In this document: positions 26,134 through 37,904 of the stretch, in pieces | Layout: each line of letters starts with the position of its first letter | Numbering within the stretch: position 1 is the stretch's first letter | NCBI GenBank assembly: GCA_002269645.1 | Contig: NIVC01003821.1 | Coordinates: 1-40,483 of the forward strand | Source: Macrostomum lignano | Lineage: Eukaryota | DNA length: 40,483 nt | Direction: 5' to 3' | The notes under the pieces: generated by a model | Databases searched by the model: none | Told to the model about the DNA's origin: nothing | What the model saw: only the letters and a program-made list of their open reading frames with translations | Program-made: the position numbers and the translations under genes

Positions 26134-26300
26134 GTCTGTCTGTCTATCTTAGTGTCTGTCTTAGTGTCTGTCTGTCTGTCTGTCTGTCTGTCTTAGTGTC
26201 TGTCTTCGTGTCTGTCTGTCTTTCTGTCTGTCTCTCTGTCTGTCTGTCTGTCTGTCTGTCTTAGTGTCTGTGTGTCTGTCTCTTTGTCTGCCACAGTCAT
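25690..26300 (+). repeat. Interrupted (TGTC)n microsatellite
   Basis: TGTC tandem with TTAGTG, TTCGTG, TATC and TCCG interruptions. Confidence 0.95.
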
Positions 26301-26539
26301 CTTTGTGTCTGTCCTTTTCCCTTTTTCTTTTTTTCTAGTGTTCAATGCTTCTGTTCTTAAAATACTTCCATATAGCGCACTGCGCAGGGTAATTTGTCAA
26401 GAGAGCGATTACTTTAAGCTTCTTTTCTTGTCAATCTACTGTAAGTAGAGTTCGACAGGTTTAATAACTGACAATTGAAGTTTCACTGTAAAGCAATTAA
26501 AAATCGAATTTAACAAACCGGCCGCTGTTCCAAACGCAG

Positions 26540-26702
26540 GCGGCCGAGCAGTTCCTGGCCGCTCAGTCGCCGCCTCTCGCCCTAGGCTGGCTCGCCCGTC
26601 TGGACGGCGGACCGGCCGCGTTTTTCCGCTTCTGGCGCTCTCCTAGCGCCGGCGCCGGAACTGACAACGATCGCTGCGGACTGGGCTGGCTTGAGCCGTT
26701 TG
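26540..26702 (+). CDS. Candidate 163-nt internal exon (AAEQFLAAQSPPLALGWLARLDGG...DRCGLGWLEPF), phase 0 to 1
   Basis: GC-rich island, CAG acceptor ending 26539, strong TG|GTGAGT donor, open frame with GCC/CTG/CGC codons like those of the tubulin. Function unknown. Confidence 0.4.
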
Positions 26703-27332
26703 GTGAGTTCAGGTTTTTCTCCGGGTAATTTCTCCACCTGATCCTGAAGGCTTCCCAACCTAATTTTGAAGGCTTCCTTACCGGATTTTAAAGGCTTCCC
26801 AAACTGATTTTGAAGGAGGAAAAACTCGTAACTAATGTTTTCGAAATATTCAAAATAATTTTTCAGTACCACCGTTCATAAGTTCAGAACAAATTATTTC
26901 CTATTTTTTCTTAAATTACCAAAAGTCTGTATTACACTACTTACTTGCAAGTAGTGTAATAGTTCCTTAAGGCAACAATATTAAAAGTAGTTTTATCCAA
27001 TTTTCAATGAAATCAGCCGTACGAAGCATAGCAATAGTGAAAATTGAGACAAATTTTATTCAAAGCATATAATCGTGACTTTAAGCAATTTACAGAAGCA
27101 AATATTGTATTATAGGGTGTATCAGGCCCTTGTTATCTTGCTAAGTGTTTACCTTTAAAGACTTGTGTTTGCTTTAACTGAATTTTAATATCAAATATTA
27201 TCTGTAACAGATAAGAAGTTTAGATAGGGACACAGATGCCCTGAGAGTTACAACACAAACTTTCCATGGCTCAAATCGAGTGTATTTAGACTGCTCATAT
27301 AGGAAATGTCACCAATAATGTAGCGGTTCGGG

Positions 27333-27657
27333 CAGTCAGCCAGCCAGTCAGTCAGTCAGCCAGTCAGTCAGTCAGTCAGTCAGTCAGTCAGCCAGTCAGT
27401 CAGTCAGTCAGCCAGTCAGTCAGTCAGTCAGTCAGTCAGTCAGTCAGTCAGTCAGTCAGTCAGTCAGTCAGTCAGTCAGTCAGCCAGTCAGCCAGTCAGT
27501 CAGTCAGTCAGTCAGTCAGTCAGCCAGTCAGTCAGTCAGTCAGTCAGTCAGTCAGCCAGCCAGTCAGTCAGTCAGTCAGTCAGTCAGCCATTCAGTCAGT
27601 CAGTCAGTCAGTCAGTCAGTCAGTCAGTCAGTCAGTCAGTCAGTCAGTCAGTCAGTC

Positions 27658-27689
<32 letters not shown>

Positions 27690-27690
27690 A
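27333..27690 (+). repeat. (CAGT)n microsatellite with CAGC variants
   Basis: Direct reading. Confidence 0.97.
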
Positions 27691-27952
27691 GGGGCGCCAG
27701 CACCAGGGGCGCCAGCACCAGGGGCGCCAGCACCAGGGGCGCCAGCACCAGGGGCGCCAGCACCAGGGGCGCCAGCACCAGGGGCGCCAGCACCAGGGGC
27801 GCCAGCACCAGGGGCGCCAGCACCAGGGCGCCAGCACCAGGGGCGCCAGCACCAGGGGCGCCAGCACCAGGGGCGCCAGCACCAGGGGCGCCAGCACCAG
27901 GGGCGCCAGCACCAGGGGCGCCAGCACCAGGGGCGCCAGCACCCGGGGCGCC
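27691..27952 (+). repeat. GC-rich 15-bp minisatellite (GGGGCGCCAGCACCA)n, about 18 units
   Basis: Near-perfect array with one 1-nt deletion near 27826. Confidence 0.97.
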
Positions 27953-28415
27953 TGGGGCATATTTCCCACTCCAGGTTGCAGCTATGATTCAGTATTAATT
28001 CGCCATGCCTTGAGCTCACTCCTACTAGTCCGGTCTTACTGAATCAGCGAGGTGTTGATCCGGGTCAATAAAAAACTCAATATCATTTTTTCTTTCCAAT
28101 CTAAAGATTTTTTCGATATTTGTCCCCAGAATTTCTATGGCAAATATAATTTTAAAAAGCATTCTATTGCATCTTATTAAAGGAAAATTCGCACCTGAGA
28201 ATTTGAAGGCGCAAGGCTGGTTAAGTATTGTTGATCGACACAGGAAGCTCGTGTGATTGGCCACGTGCGCTTTGCCAGCCTTTCTGAATAAGGATATTAT
28301 GACAGGGGATATCTATACGTGCTTTTGAGAGCGATGATGAATTGAGGGGATGCTGCAAATAACTTTTTTAAGGTCGCGTTATCTGCAGGCTCTGGGAATT
28401 TGCATAAATTTTCAG

Positions 28416-28459
28416 CGAGAAACAAAGACTTGTATTTAGAAGGCTACGCGCCGTGGCAG
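28416..28459 (+). CDS. Candidate 44-nt exon (xRNKDLYLEGYAPWQ), phase 1 to 0
   Basis: AAATTTTCAG acceptor and CAG|GTCAGC donor. Only this frame fits the neighbouring candidate exons. Confidence 0.28.
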
Positions 28460-28782
28460 GTCAGCTCAAGCTCACGTGCGACAGCGCCAGATCAGTTTCA
28501 TCCCAATTCTCGCTTGTGTTGACTTAAATGACTCAAACTAAATTGATGGCTGTATTCACTGTGAGAGCGTTTGTCTGCGGGGTCACTGGGGCTGTGCGGT
28601 GACAATCTATCACCTAGTAAGGCATAGAGGTGTAAATATATATGCTATGCATACGATAAATCCTGATGCGTTTTCAGTAGCTCGCTTAACTCTTCTCCTG
28701 CAGCTTCTCTTCTCCGCTTCTCTCTCATCCCATCCTCTTTTTTGACGCATTCCATTTTCTTTTGTTCCTAAACCCTATCGTC

Positions 28783-29770
28783 CCATATCCCATCTTCCCA
28801 TATCCCATCTTCCCATATCCCATTTTCCCATATCCCATCTTCCCATTTCCCATCTCCCATATCCCATCTTCCCATATCCCATCTTCCCATATCCCATTTT
28901 CCCATATCCCATCTTCCCATATCCCATCTTCCCATTTCCCATCTCCCATATCCCATCTTCCCATATCCCATCTTCCCATATCTCATCTTCCCATATCCCA
29001 TCTTTCCATATCCCATCTTCCCATATCCCATCTTCCCATATCCCATCTTCCCATATCCCATCTTCCCATATCCCATCTTCCCATATCCCATCTTCCCATA
29101 TCCCATCTTCCCATATCCCATCTTCCCATATCCCATCTTCCCATATCCCATCTTCCCATATCCCATCTTCCCATATCCCATCTTCCCATATCCCATCTTC
29201 CCATATCCCATCTTCCCATATCCCATCTTCCCATATCCCATCTTCCCATATCCCATCTTCCCATATCCCATATCCCATCTTCCCATATCCCATCTTCCCA
29301 TATCCCATCTTCCCATATCCCATCTTCCCATATCCCATCTTCCCATATCCCATCTTCCCATATCCCATCTTCCCATATCCCATCTTCCCATATCCCATCT
29401 TCCCATATCCCATCTTCCCATATCCCATCTTCCCATATCCCATCTTCCCATATCCCATCTTCCCATATCCCATCTTCCCATATCCCATCTTCCCATATCC
29501 CATCTTCCCATATCCCATCTTCCCATATCCCATCTTCCCATATCCCATCTTCCCATATCCCATCTTCCAAAATCCCCTCTTCCAATACCCTATCTTCCAA
29601 TATCTCATCTTCCATTTCCCATATTTCCATATATAATCTTTCCATTTCCAAACTTACATTATTCCATCTCCCAATATCCCATTTTCTCATACCCCATTCT
29701 CCGTTTCCTGTTTCCTATCTTACTTTCGATCATTTCCAGTTTCCCAATTCGCATTTTCTCATCTCCCATC
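28783..29770 (+). repeat. 15-bp minisatellite (TCCCATATCCCATCT)n with degenerate flanks
   Basis: Near-perfect core about 29000-29565 and decayed CCCAT-like units out to about 29770. Confidence 0.95.
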
Positions 29771-30360
29771 GCCCCCCCCCTATTTTTTTCCTTCCACATC
29801 TCTAATCCCGCATAAGACAAACCTAGCCATATCGTTTATCTGCAATAAAAATCAGCAACTATAGCAGAATATTACTGTATTACTTAGGTGCAAATTAAGT
29901 GCTTAGACTGTATTTAATTTCCGACTCTTGCAAATAAACCTATCATAGGGTTATCGGTGTTTTAGAGTGGACAGACAGACGGTCTGAGACGCCCAGTGCA
30001 AAAATTTGACTCCGCTGCCTTTTTGGTGGTTTGCAAAATTCTTATGCCGATCTGTCTGCATGTCTGTCTGTCTGTATCTAGAATACATATGCTACCGAGA
30101 CTCCCGGCTGGCGGTAAAGGGTAATTAACTGCGTTTTTGCGGGCTACGGCCTGCGCTTATGCTGGTACTGGAGTCTGGACTGAGAAGAGTCAAGTGAAAC
30201 TGGCATTAGTGTTGTTTATAGCCGCAATAATACATTTGCAGCCTTATTTGTAGAAATTCAGACTACTTTTTTACTGTTTATAGGCATTTAAAAACATTGT
30301 CCCCTTTTTTGTTGGATTTTGGCAAAATAAACATTTCAAGATTCAATAAGTCAAGAAGAC

Positions 30361-30770
30361 AAGATTTTAGCGCCACAGGCAAGATTTTAGCGCCACAGGC
30401 AAGATTTTAGCGCCACAGTCAAGATTTTAGCGCCACAGGCAAGATTTTAGCGCCACAGTCAAGATTTTAGCGCCACAGGCAAGATTTTAGCGCCACAGTC
30501 AAGATTTTAGCGCCGCAAACAAGATTTTAGCGTCACAAACAAGATTTTAGCGTCACAAACAAGATTTTAGCGCCACAAACAAGATTTTAGCGCCACAAAT
30601 AAGATTTTAGCGCCACAAACAAGATTTAGCACTACAAACAAGATTTAGCACTACAAACAAGATTTTAGCGCCACAAACAAGATTTTAGCGCCACAAACAA
30701 GATTTTAGCGCCACAAATAAGATTTTAGCGCCACAAACAAGATTTTAGCGCCACAGGCAAGATTTTGCAC
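30361..30770 (+). repeat. 20-bp minisatellite (AAGATTTTAGCGCCACARRC)n, about 20 units
   Basis: Direct reading. The tail varies GGC/GTC, then AAC/AAT. Confidence 0.96.
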
Positions 30771-31587
30771 CACACGCTGTCCAGATTGTCATTCCCGGTG
30801 TCCTTGATTCTGGCGCGACCATAAAATTCAGTGTCTGCTTTTCCGACAGGGACCAATTTTTTCTTTCTATTTTCAAATGCGTTAAGCTTTGATATTGTAG
30901 TACTGTCGTAGGACGGCGTGTCTGTTACCATAGTGATGATAAACCTACTATTAATATTATTACTACTGCTAGCATAATGCTATATATGGCTGTTAAGATT
31001 AATCTGTGCTTATTGTTGAAAATGGCACAAGAAAGGTAGGAGCTCTTCTGTCTCTGTTTCTCTCTCATCTGGGGAAATAAAATTTTGTTGCTTTCGCAAT
31101 AAAACTTTGAGATTGGGGGGGGGGGGGGCGGCGCGGGCCGGGAGCAGCCCGGCATAGAAACCGCAGATGCCAGGCAGCTCTCATCAATTTCAAGCCAAGT
31201 CAGTTGGAAGCTGCTCACAGACTGGATTCCGACTCTGTTTCTCTCTGTCTTCTGCGGAGTAGTTTGCATAAATTATTAGATTACCTTTGTCGTGACATTT
31301 CAATTCTTTTTGAAAAGTCAGAACTTGCTTCAGGTAGCAACACCGAACTGCAACTACCCGTTATACTTCTTTAGCAATTCATTAATATCTTACCTGTGTG
31401 CGATCACCCGAAATTACGGGGGGGAAACTATGACATTTTTGACGGCAGTCTCGCAACGTCTGGAGTGTCCCAGTGGCTCAATTTTTTATAAATGTTTATT
31501 TGGCCTGTCGGGACAAGATTAATTTCAAATTATCATTTTGTCTTTTCATTTCTGACATTTCTTTTGACTTTTTCTTTATCGGGACGT

Positions 31588-32195
31588 TATGTGCTCTCAT
31601 TCTATCTGCATGATTCTCATCTACCTTGAGATGTGCTCTCATTCTATCTGCATGATTCTCATCTACCTTGAGATGTGCTCTCATTCTATCTGCATGATTC
31701 TCATCCATCTTGAGCTGTGCTCTCATTCTATCTGCATGATTCTCATCCATCTTGAGCTGTGCTCTCATTCTATCTGCATGATTCTCATCCATCTTGAGCT
31801 GTGCTCTCATTCTATCTGCATGATTCTCATCTACCTTGAGATGTGCTCTCATTCTATCTGCATGATTCTCATCTACATTGAGATGTGTTCTCATTCTATC
31901 TGCATGATTCTCATCTACATTGAGATGTGCTCTCATTCTATCTGCATGATTCTCATCTACCTTGAGATGTGCTCTCATTCTATCTGCATAATTCTCATCT
32001 ACCTTGAGATGTGCTCTCATTCTATCTGCATGATTCTCATCCATCTTGAGATGTGCTCTCATTCTAGAATATTTGCATTATCCTCATTCATCTTGAGTTG
32101 TGCTCTCATTCTATCTGCATGATTCTCGTCCATCTTGAGCTGTGCTCTTATTCTATCTGCATAATTCTCATCTGTCTTCAGCTATACTCTCATTC
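31588..32195 (+). repeat. 42-bp minisatellite (GTGCTCTCATTCTATCTGCATGATTCTCATCTACCTTGAGAT)n, about 11 units plus 2-3 decayed units
   Basis: Direct reading, interrupted near 32065. Confidence 0.95.
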
Positions 32196-33289
32196 TCATA
32201 TCCATAGAGTTCCGTATATTTGCTCCCATAGGTGCAAAGGTGACGCACAGCAATGTAGTCTGTGTAATTGAATCTTATTTATATGTCATTTCTTCAGTAC
32301 GCATCTTCAATTGAATTCCCACGACTATTTGCGCTCCGCTGTCTAGTTTATACCTCAGCTATATGGAAAGTCAGCACCTGTCCATCGGTGCCTGCTGTTA
32401 TGTTTTGACTGGGGGAGGCGGTGTAAATATGGCTGGCTTGCATTGCACGACCTCCCAGTGTCGCCCTGCTTTAGTTCCTTCCGATCTGAATTGCATTTTG
32501 GCCGTGTCGATTTTTTTCAACCGCCCTTACCCTTTATGCGGGCCGCCGTCTATTGTGTCCGTGTAATTTCACTCTCTCCCACGTTATCTTTTCCCACTTC
32601 CTCTTCCCCCCAATGCCGGTTTCTCCGCTTTCAACCATGCGACCCATTGCTCCGTCTATTCAATTGGAAAGGAATCTCCTCTCTCTCTTTCTTTCTCTCT
32701 CGTTCGCTTGTCATTCCCAACACATCTCTACCCCAGCGGGCTTTTTGACGTGCTTGTGTGTGTGTTGAATCGTCTTTCTTATAGTATACATGTATAGGGC
32801 CTACTGAGTTACGTCATCAGCTGTGTAAGGCCTGGGCTATAAGGTCTAGGCAAGCGTGTCCGATCCTTTATCTTGGCGGTTGGCCCCCGTGCGCCAATTG
32901 AGCTGCCCCATATATATATACTGTTTCTAAGTGAGACTTTTTGCTAGCTATACAGATCGACAGGGTTGTGCAAGCCCTATGGGCCTGTCGACTTGTTCGT
33001 GCCTCCTTGTCAGTCTGGCTTAGCTTGGAGGGTTGTATAAATGCTTGCAATATATCTGTATATAAACTTGTCATTTGTATCCTTGCTGTTGGGTCTACCG
33101 CCTATGCGTAATAACAATTTTATGCATTGGACTAGTGGCCTTGGTGGACAATTGAAGCTGTGCAATTGAAACTGACGCCCAGCGGATGCTTGTTGTTATG
33201 GCAACTGTCCGTTTTTGGCTTGGATAGCTATCGAAGGGGAATGATGGAGAAAGGTAAACAAAGATCTGGCTAGTGATAGCTGTGCTGTG

Positions 33290-33662
33290 CAGTCTGTGTC
33301 GGTCTTTGTGAATATCTGTGTTGGTCTCTGTGTCGGTCTCTGTGACCGTCTGTATTGGTCACTGGATTGGTCATTGTGACCGTCTGTGTTAATCACTGTG
33401 TCGGTCATTGTGACCGTCTGTGTTGGTCTCTGTGTGGGTCTTTGTGACCGCCTATGTTGATAACTGTGTCGGTCATTGTGACCGTCTGTGTTAATCACTG
33501 TGTGGGTTTTTGTGACCATCTGTGTTGGTCACGGTTATGTCTTTGTGACCGTCTGTGTTGGTCTCTGTGTGGGTGTTTGTGACCGTCTGTGTTGGTAACT
33601 GGCCGTCTGTGTCCCTCTTTGTGTCCTTGTGTATCTGTCTTTGTGTCCGTCTGTGTCTGTTA
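33290..33662 (+). repeat. Degenerate GT-rich tandem repeat (TGTGACCGTCTGTGTTGGTC-like)
   Basis: Recurring TGTGACCGTCTGTG and GGTCTCTGTG motifs. Confidence 0.8.
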
Positions 33663-34459
33663 ATAGTGTCCGTCTAAAATAACAAAGACCAAAAGCTACC
33701 CGAAAAGCTGAAACTGATCGCAGTTTCAACGAAAATGCAACCAAATTCTTTGAGATAAAAATCCGGAACCATTTCTCTGTCAACCAAAGTTTTGCTGAAT
33801 ATTGAGCATTCCCATCCCTTTAGCCCTATTGTTTGTTGGCGGTGTCATTATCCTGCCTTATAATTAACTGGAGGTGATGAAAGTGTACCATTGTTAGGTT
33901 ATGCTTAGCTACCAAGCTAACACTCATTTTGCACTCGGTTTTCAAACAATGAATAAGCTGTTTTATTTAAAGGCATTCCTGCCGCGCCCCCAAGCAGTTT
34001 ACAATGCAACTGGGGAGTGAGTGAGTGCATGCGTTAAATGCACTCAATTGAATGGAATTGCGGCTTCTATGAATAGTCTGATTTAAATGATTCCGAGCGG
34101 CTTCTGATTGGTCCCGGCTGCCTATTGGCCCGGATCAGAGCAGAGCTTGAATGCACAAGTTTGCCTATCTTAGACATGAATGCCCAAGTGCCACCCCAGC
34201 TCTCTCCTAACTTTTAGTCTTATTTATATATTAGGCTTTCAAGTCTGTATTGCAGCTGTGAACACAGAAGTTACTAAATTTAGTTCGTTTGATCTTTGCC
34301 GATTAAATCGAACAAACCCCACCCCCCTAATTGGATTCCGAAATAATAAAGAAATCGAGGCTGAATTTCGCTGAATCCCCAGACATGGGATAGATTGATT
34401 GATTTCTCCCGAATTATCTTTGTTGTCTGCGTGTTTGAGCACACCGTGACTGTGCGCAG

Positions 34460-34670
34460 CTGGCGGCGGTCATGCTCAACAGTACTACAGCTCAGCCGCT
34501 AGGCCAGCACGCCAGGCTAAAGTGCACCCGCTTTGATCTTGCCGCCCAAGCAACTGGCAACGGTAGGCGGCGGCCCAGCGTGCACTGGGTGGTCTCAGCG
34601 CCTCCCACGGACCTTCAGGACGATTTTAATAGTTCAAGCTGTTCGTCACCTTCGTCTGATTATGACTCCG
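34460..34670 (+). CDS. Candidate 211-nt exon encoding the N-terminal half of an Ig-like domain, phase 0 to 1
   Basis: GCGCAG acceptor ending 34459 and CG|GTGAGC donor in a GC-rich island. The translation LAAVMLNSTTAQPLGQHARLKC...TGNGRRRPSVHWVV resembles the Ig B-strand G..A.L.C and C-strand P.V.W motifs. Confidence 0.45.
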
Positions 34671-34734
34671 GTGAGCTGCGGATGCTGGCTGGCATTGGGC
34701 GCCCCATCTGCCTCCTTCATTTTCTGCCTGTATC

Positions 34735-37050
34735 TCCCTGACTCTGACTCTCCCCTCTTACTCTGACTCTCCCCTCCTGTCACTCTGACTCTCCCCTCCT
34801 GTCACTCTGACTCTCCCCTCCTGTCACTCTGACTCTCCCCTCCTGTCACTCTGACTCTCCCCTCCTGTCACTCTGACTCTCCCCTCTTACTCTGACTCTC
34901 CCCTCCTGTCACTCTGACTCTCCCCTCCTGTCACTCTGACTCTGCCCTCCTTTCCCTCTGACTCTCCCATACTGTCACTCTGACTCTCCCCTCCTGTCAC
35001 TCTGACTCTCCCCTCCTGTCACTCTGACTCTCCCCTCCTGTCACTCTGACTCTCCCCTCTTACTCTGACTCTCCCCTCCTGTCACTCTGACTCTCCCCTC
35101 CTGTCACTCTGACTCTGCCCTCCTTTCCCTCTGACTCTCCCATACTGTCACTCTGACTCTCCCCTCCTGTCACTCTGACTCTCCCCTCCTGTCACTCTGA
35201 CTCTCCCCTCCTGTCACTCTGACTCTCCCCTCCTGTCACTCTGACTCTCCCTCCTGTCACTCTGACTCTGCCCTCCTTTCCCTCTGACTCTCCCATCCTG
35301 TCACTCTGACTCTCCCCTCCTGTCCCTCTGACTCTCCCATCCTGTCACTCTGACTCTCCCATCCTGTCACTCTGACTCTCCCATCCTGTCACTCTGACTC
35401 TCCCCTCCTGTCACTCTGACTCTCCCCTCCTGTCACTTTGACTATCCCCTCCTGTCACCCTGACTCTCCCCTCCTGTCACCCTGACTCTCCCCTCCTGTC
35501 ACCCTCACTCTCCCCTCCTGTCACCCTGACTCTCCCCTCCTCTCACTCTGACTCTCCCCTCCTGTCACTCTGAATCTCCCATCCTGTCACTCTGACTCTC
35601 CCCTCTTGTCACTCTGACTCTGCCCTCCTCTCCCTCTGACTCTCCCCTTCTGTCACTCTGACTCTCCACTCCTGTCTCTCCCCTCCTGTCTCCTGTCCTG
35701 TCTCTCCCCTCTCGCTCTGACTCTCCACTCCTGTCACTCTGACTCTCCCTCCTGTCACTTTGACTATCCCCTCCTCTCCCTCTGACTCTCCCCTCCTCTC
35801 ACTCTGACTCTGCCCTCCTCTCATTCTGACTCTCCCCTCCTGTCACTCTGACTCTCCCCATCCTGTCACTCTGACTCTCCCCTCCTCTCATTCTGACTCT
35901 CCCCTCCTGTCACTCTGACTCTCCCTCCTGTCACTTTGACTATCCCCTCCTCTCCCTCCGACTCTCCCCTCCTATCACTCTGACTCTCCCCATCCTGTCA
36001 CTCTGACTCTCCCCTCCTGTCACTCTGACTCTCCCCTCCTGTCACTTTGACTATCCCCTCCTGTCACCCTGACTCTCCCCTCCTGTCACCCTGACTCTCC
36101 CCTCCTGTCACCCTCACTCTCCCCTCCTGTCACCCTGACTCTCCCCTCCTCTCACTCTGACTCTCCCCTCCTGTCACTCTGACTCTCCCCTCTTGTCACT
36201 CTGACTCTGCCCTCCTCTCCCTCTGACTCTCCCCTTCTGTCACTCTGACTCTCCACTCCTGTCTCTCCCCTCCTGTCTCCTGTCCTGTCTCTCCCCTCTC
36301 GCTCTGACTCTCCACTCCTGTCACTCTGACTCTCCCTCCTGTCACTTTGACTATCCCCTCCTCTCCCTCTGACTCTCCCCTCCTCTCACTCTGACTCTGC
36401 CCTCCTCTCATTCTGACTCTCCCCTCCTGTCACTCTGACTCTCCCCATCCTGTCACTCTGACTCTCCCCTCCTCTCATTCTGACTCTCCCCTCCTGTCAC
36501 TCTGACTCTCCCTCCTGTCACTTTGACTATCCCCTCCTCTCCCTCCGACTCTCCCCTCCTATCACTCTGACTCTCCCCATCCTGTCACTCTGACTCTCCC
36601 CTCCTCTCATTCTGACTCTCCCCTCCTGTCACTCTGACTCTCCACTCCTGTCTCTCCCCTCCTGTCTCCTGTCCTGTCTCTCCCCTGTCACTCTGACTCT
36701 CCCCTCCTGTCACTCTGACTCTCCCTCCTGTAACTTTGACTATCCCCTCCTCTCATTCTGACTCTCCCCTCCTGTCACTCTGACTCTCCCTCCTGTCACT
36801 TTGACTATCGCCTCCTCTCCCTCCGACTCTCCACTCCATCACTCTGACTCTCCCCATCCTGTCACTCTGACTCTCCCCTCCTCTCATTCTGACTCTCCCC
36901 TCCCGTCACTCTGACTCTCCACTCCTGTCTCTCCCCTCCTGTCTCCTGTCCTGTCTCTCCCCTGTCACTCTGACTCTCCCCTCCTGTCACTCTGACTCTC
37001 CCTCCTGTAACTTTGACTATCCCCTCCTCTCCCTCTGACTCTCCCTCACT
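34735..37050 (+). repeat. 22-bp pyrimidine-rich minisatellite (TCACTCTGACTCTCCCCTCCTG)n, about 100 units, with block duplications
   Basis: Direct reading. Identical antisense ORF translations at 35609 and 36196 mark a 587-bp duplication. Confidence 0.96.
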
Positions 37051-37904
37051 CACCCTGTCCCTCTTTTCCCCACTGTCTGCGCTTGCAAGACTTCTTGTAG
37101 TTGTTTGCAAACAAATCGATCTGTAGATCTTTGCTCTGCTTTCGCGTCATGCACACCTTGATCTGGCAACAAAAATGGTTGCAAATTCTTCAAGCTCAAA
37201 CAAGCACGCCTAGGTGTCGAAAACTCTGGCGCAGAGTGGCTGGACGGGGAATAAGGCGCGAAAGCAGGGCAAAAGCAAATAGAAGCGATGCACGCAAAGA
37301 CGCAGAATCGATGACGTAATGCCTTTAGATCCCAGTTTTCTAAACCCCGTCCTTCAAAGTGTCATTCTCTTCCTCATTCTTATTTCTGCCGCGGCTTTCA
37401 GTCGCTCCACTTTCGCCCTGCTTAAAAGTAATTTAAAGTAGAAGAGTCTCAGCCGAGGCTAAAGCCATTCCAGCCAGCAATCAATGAATGCTTTAAGAGC
37501 CTGCCCTGGAAAGCAATGCGGAAATTGCTTTATATCGGCTTATACAGTCACGCTTTCCGCACCCGTCACCCGACTGGCATGCGAATAATTTCTGCCTGTC
37601 TGTCTGTCATTTTTGACAACGCAACACTACTATGGATAATCCTGCACCGCTTCCTGTTGTAAATGACTTGCGTGTCTGTTGGCATTTTTTGTAGAGAACT
37701 ATTCGGGAAAAAAACTGAGTTGAAGCAATGTCTAAGCTTTTTCCTTGTTACTAGAGCGACTTTCCATTTGTTCAAATGGAAAATTGGCGGAGGGGTGGCG
37801 GTTGCACTACTTCAATCAGAATATTGTTTTTTACCATTATGTCAGTATGCTAATGATGAAGTGCTCTCTGTATAGTAAGGGTTTAAAAGCCATTTTACAG
37901 GGTC

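Noticed and set aside
22270-26264. (VCLS)n ORFs
   Set aside because: They are translations of (TGTC)n microsatellites.
26582-26872. 96-aa minus-strand ORF
   Set aside because: GTG start in AT-rich sequence. The opposite strand has the better splice signals and codon usage.
27684-29805. (GAGAP)n, (WCWRP)n, (MGRWD)n, (EDGIW)n and (SSHIP)n ORFs
   Set aside because: 15-bp repeats open in multiple frames on both strands, with frame switches at repeat indels.
30095-30128. piggyBac-like right end (GGCGGTAAAGGGTAATTAA)
   Set aside because: Not the canonical AGGG-TTAA junction, and no matching left TIR was seen in the window.
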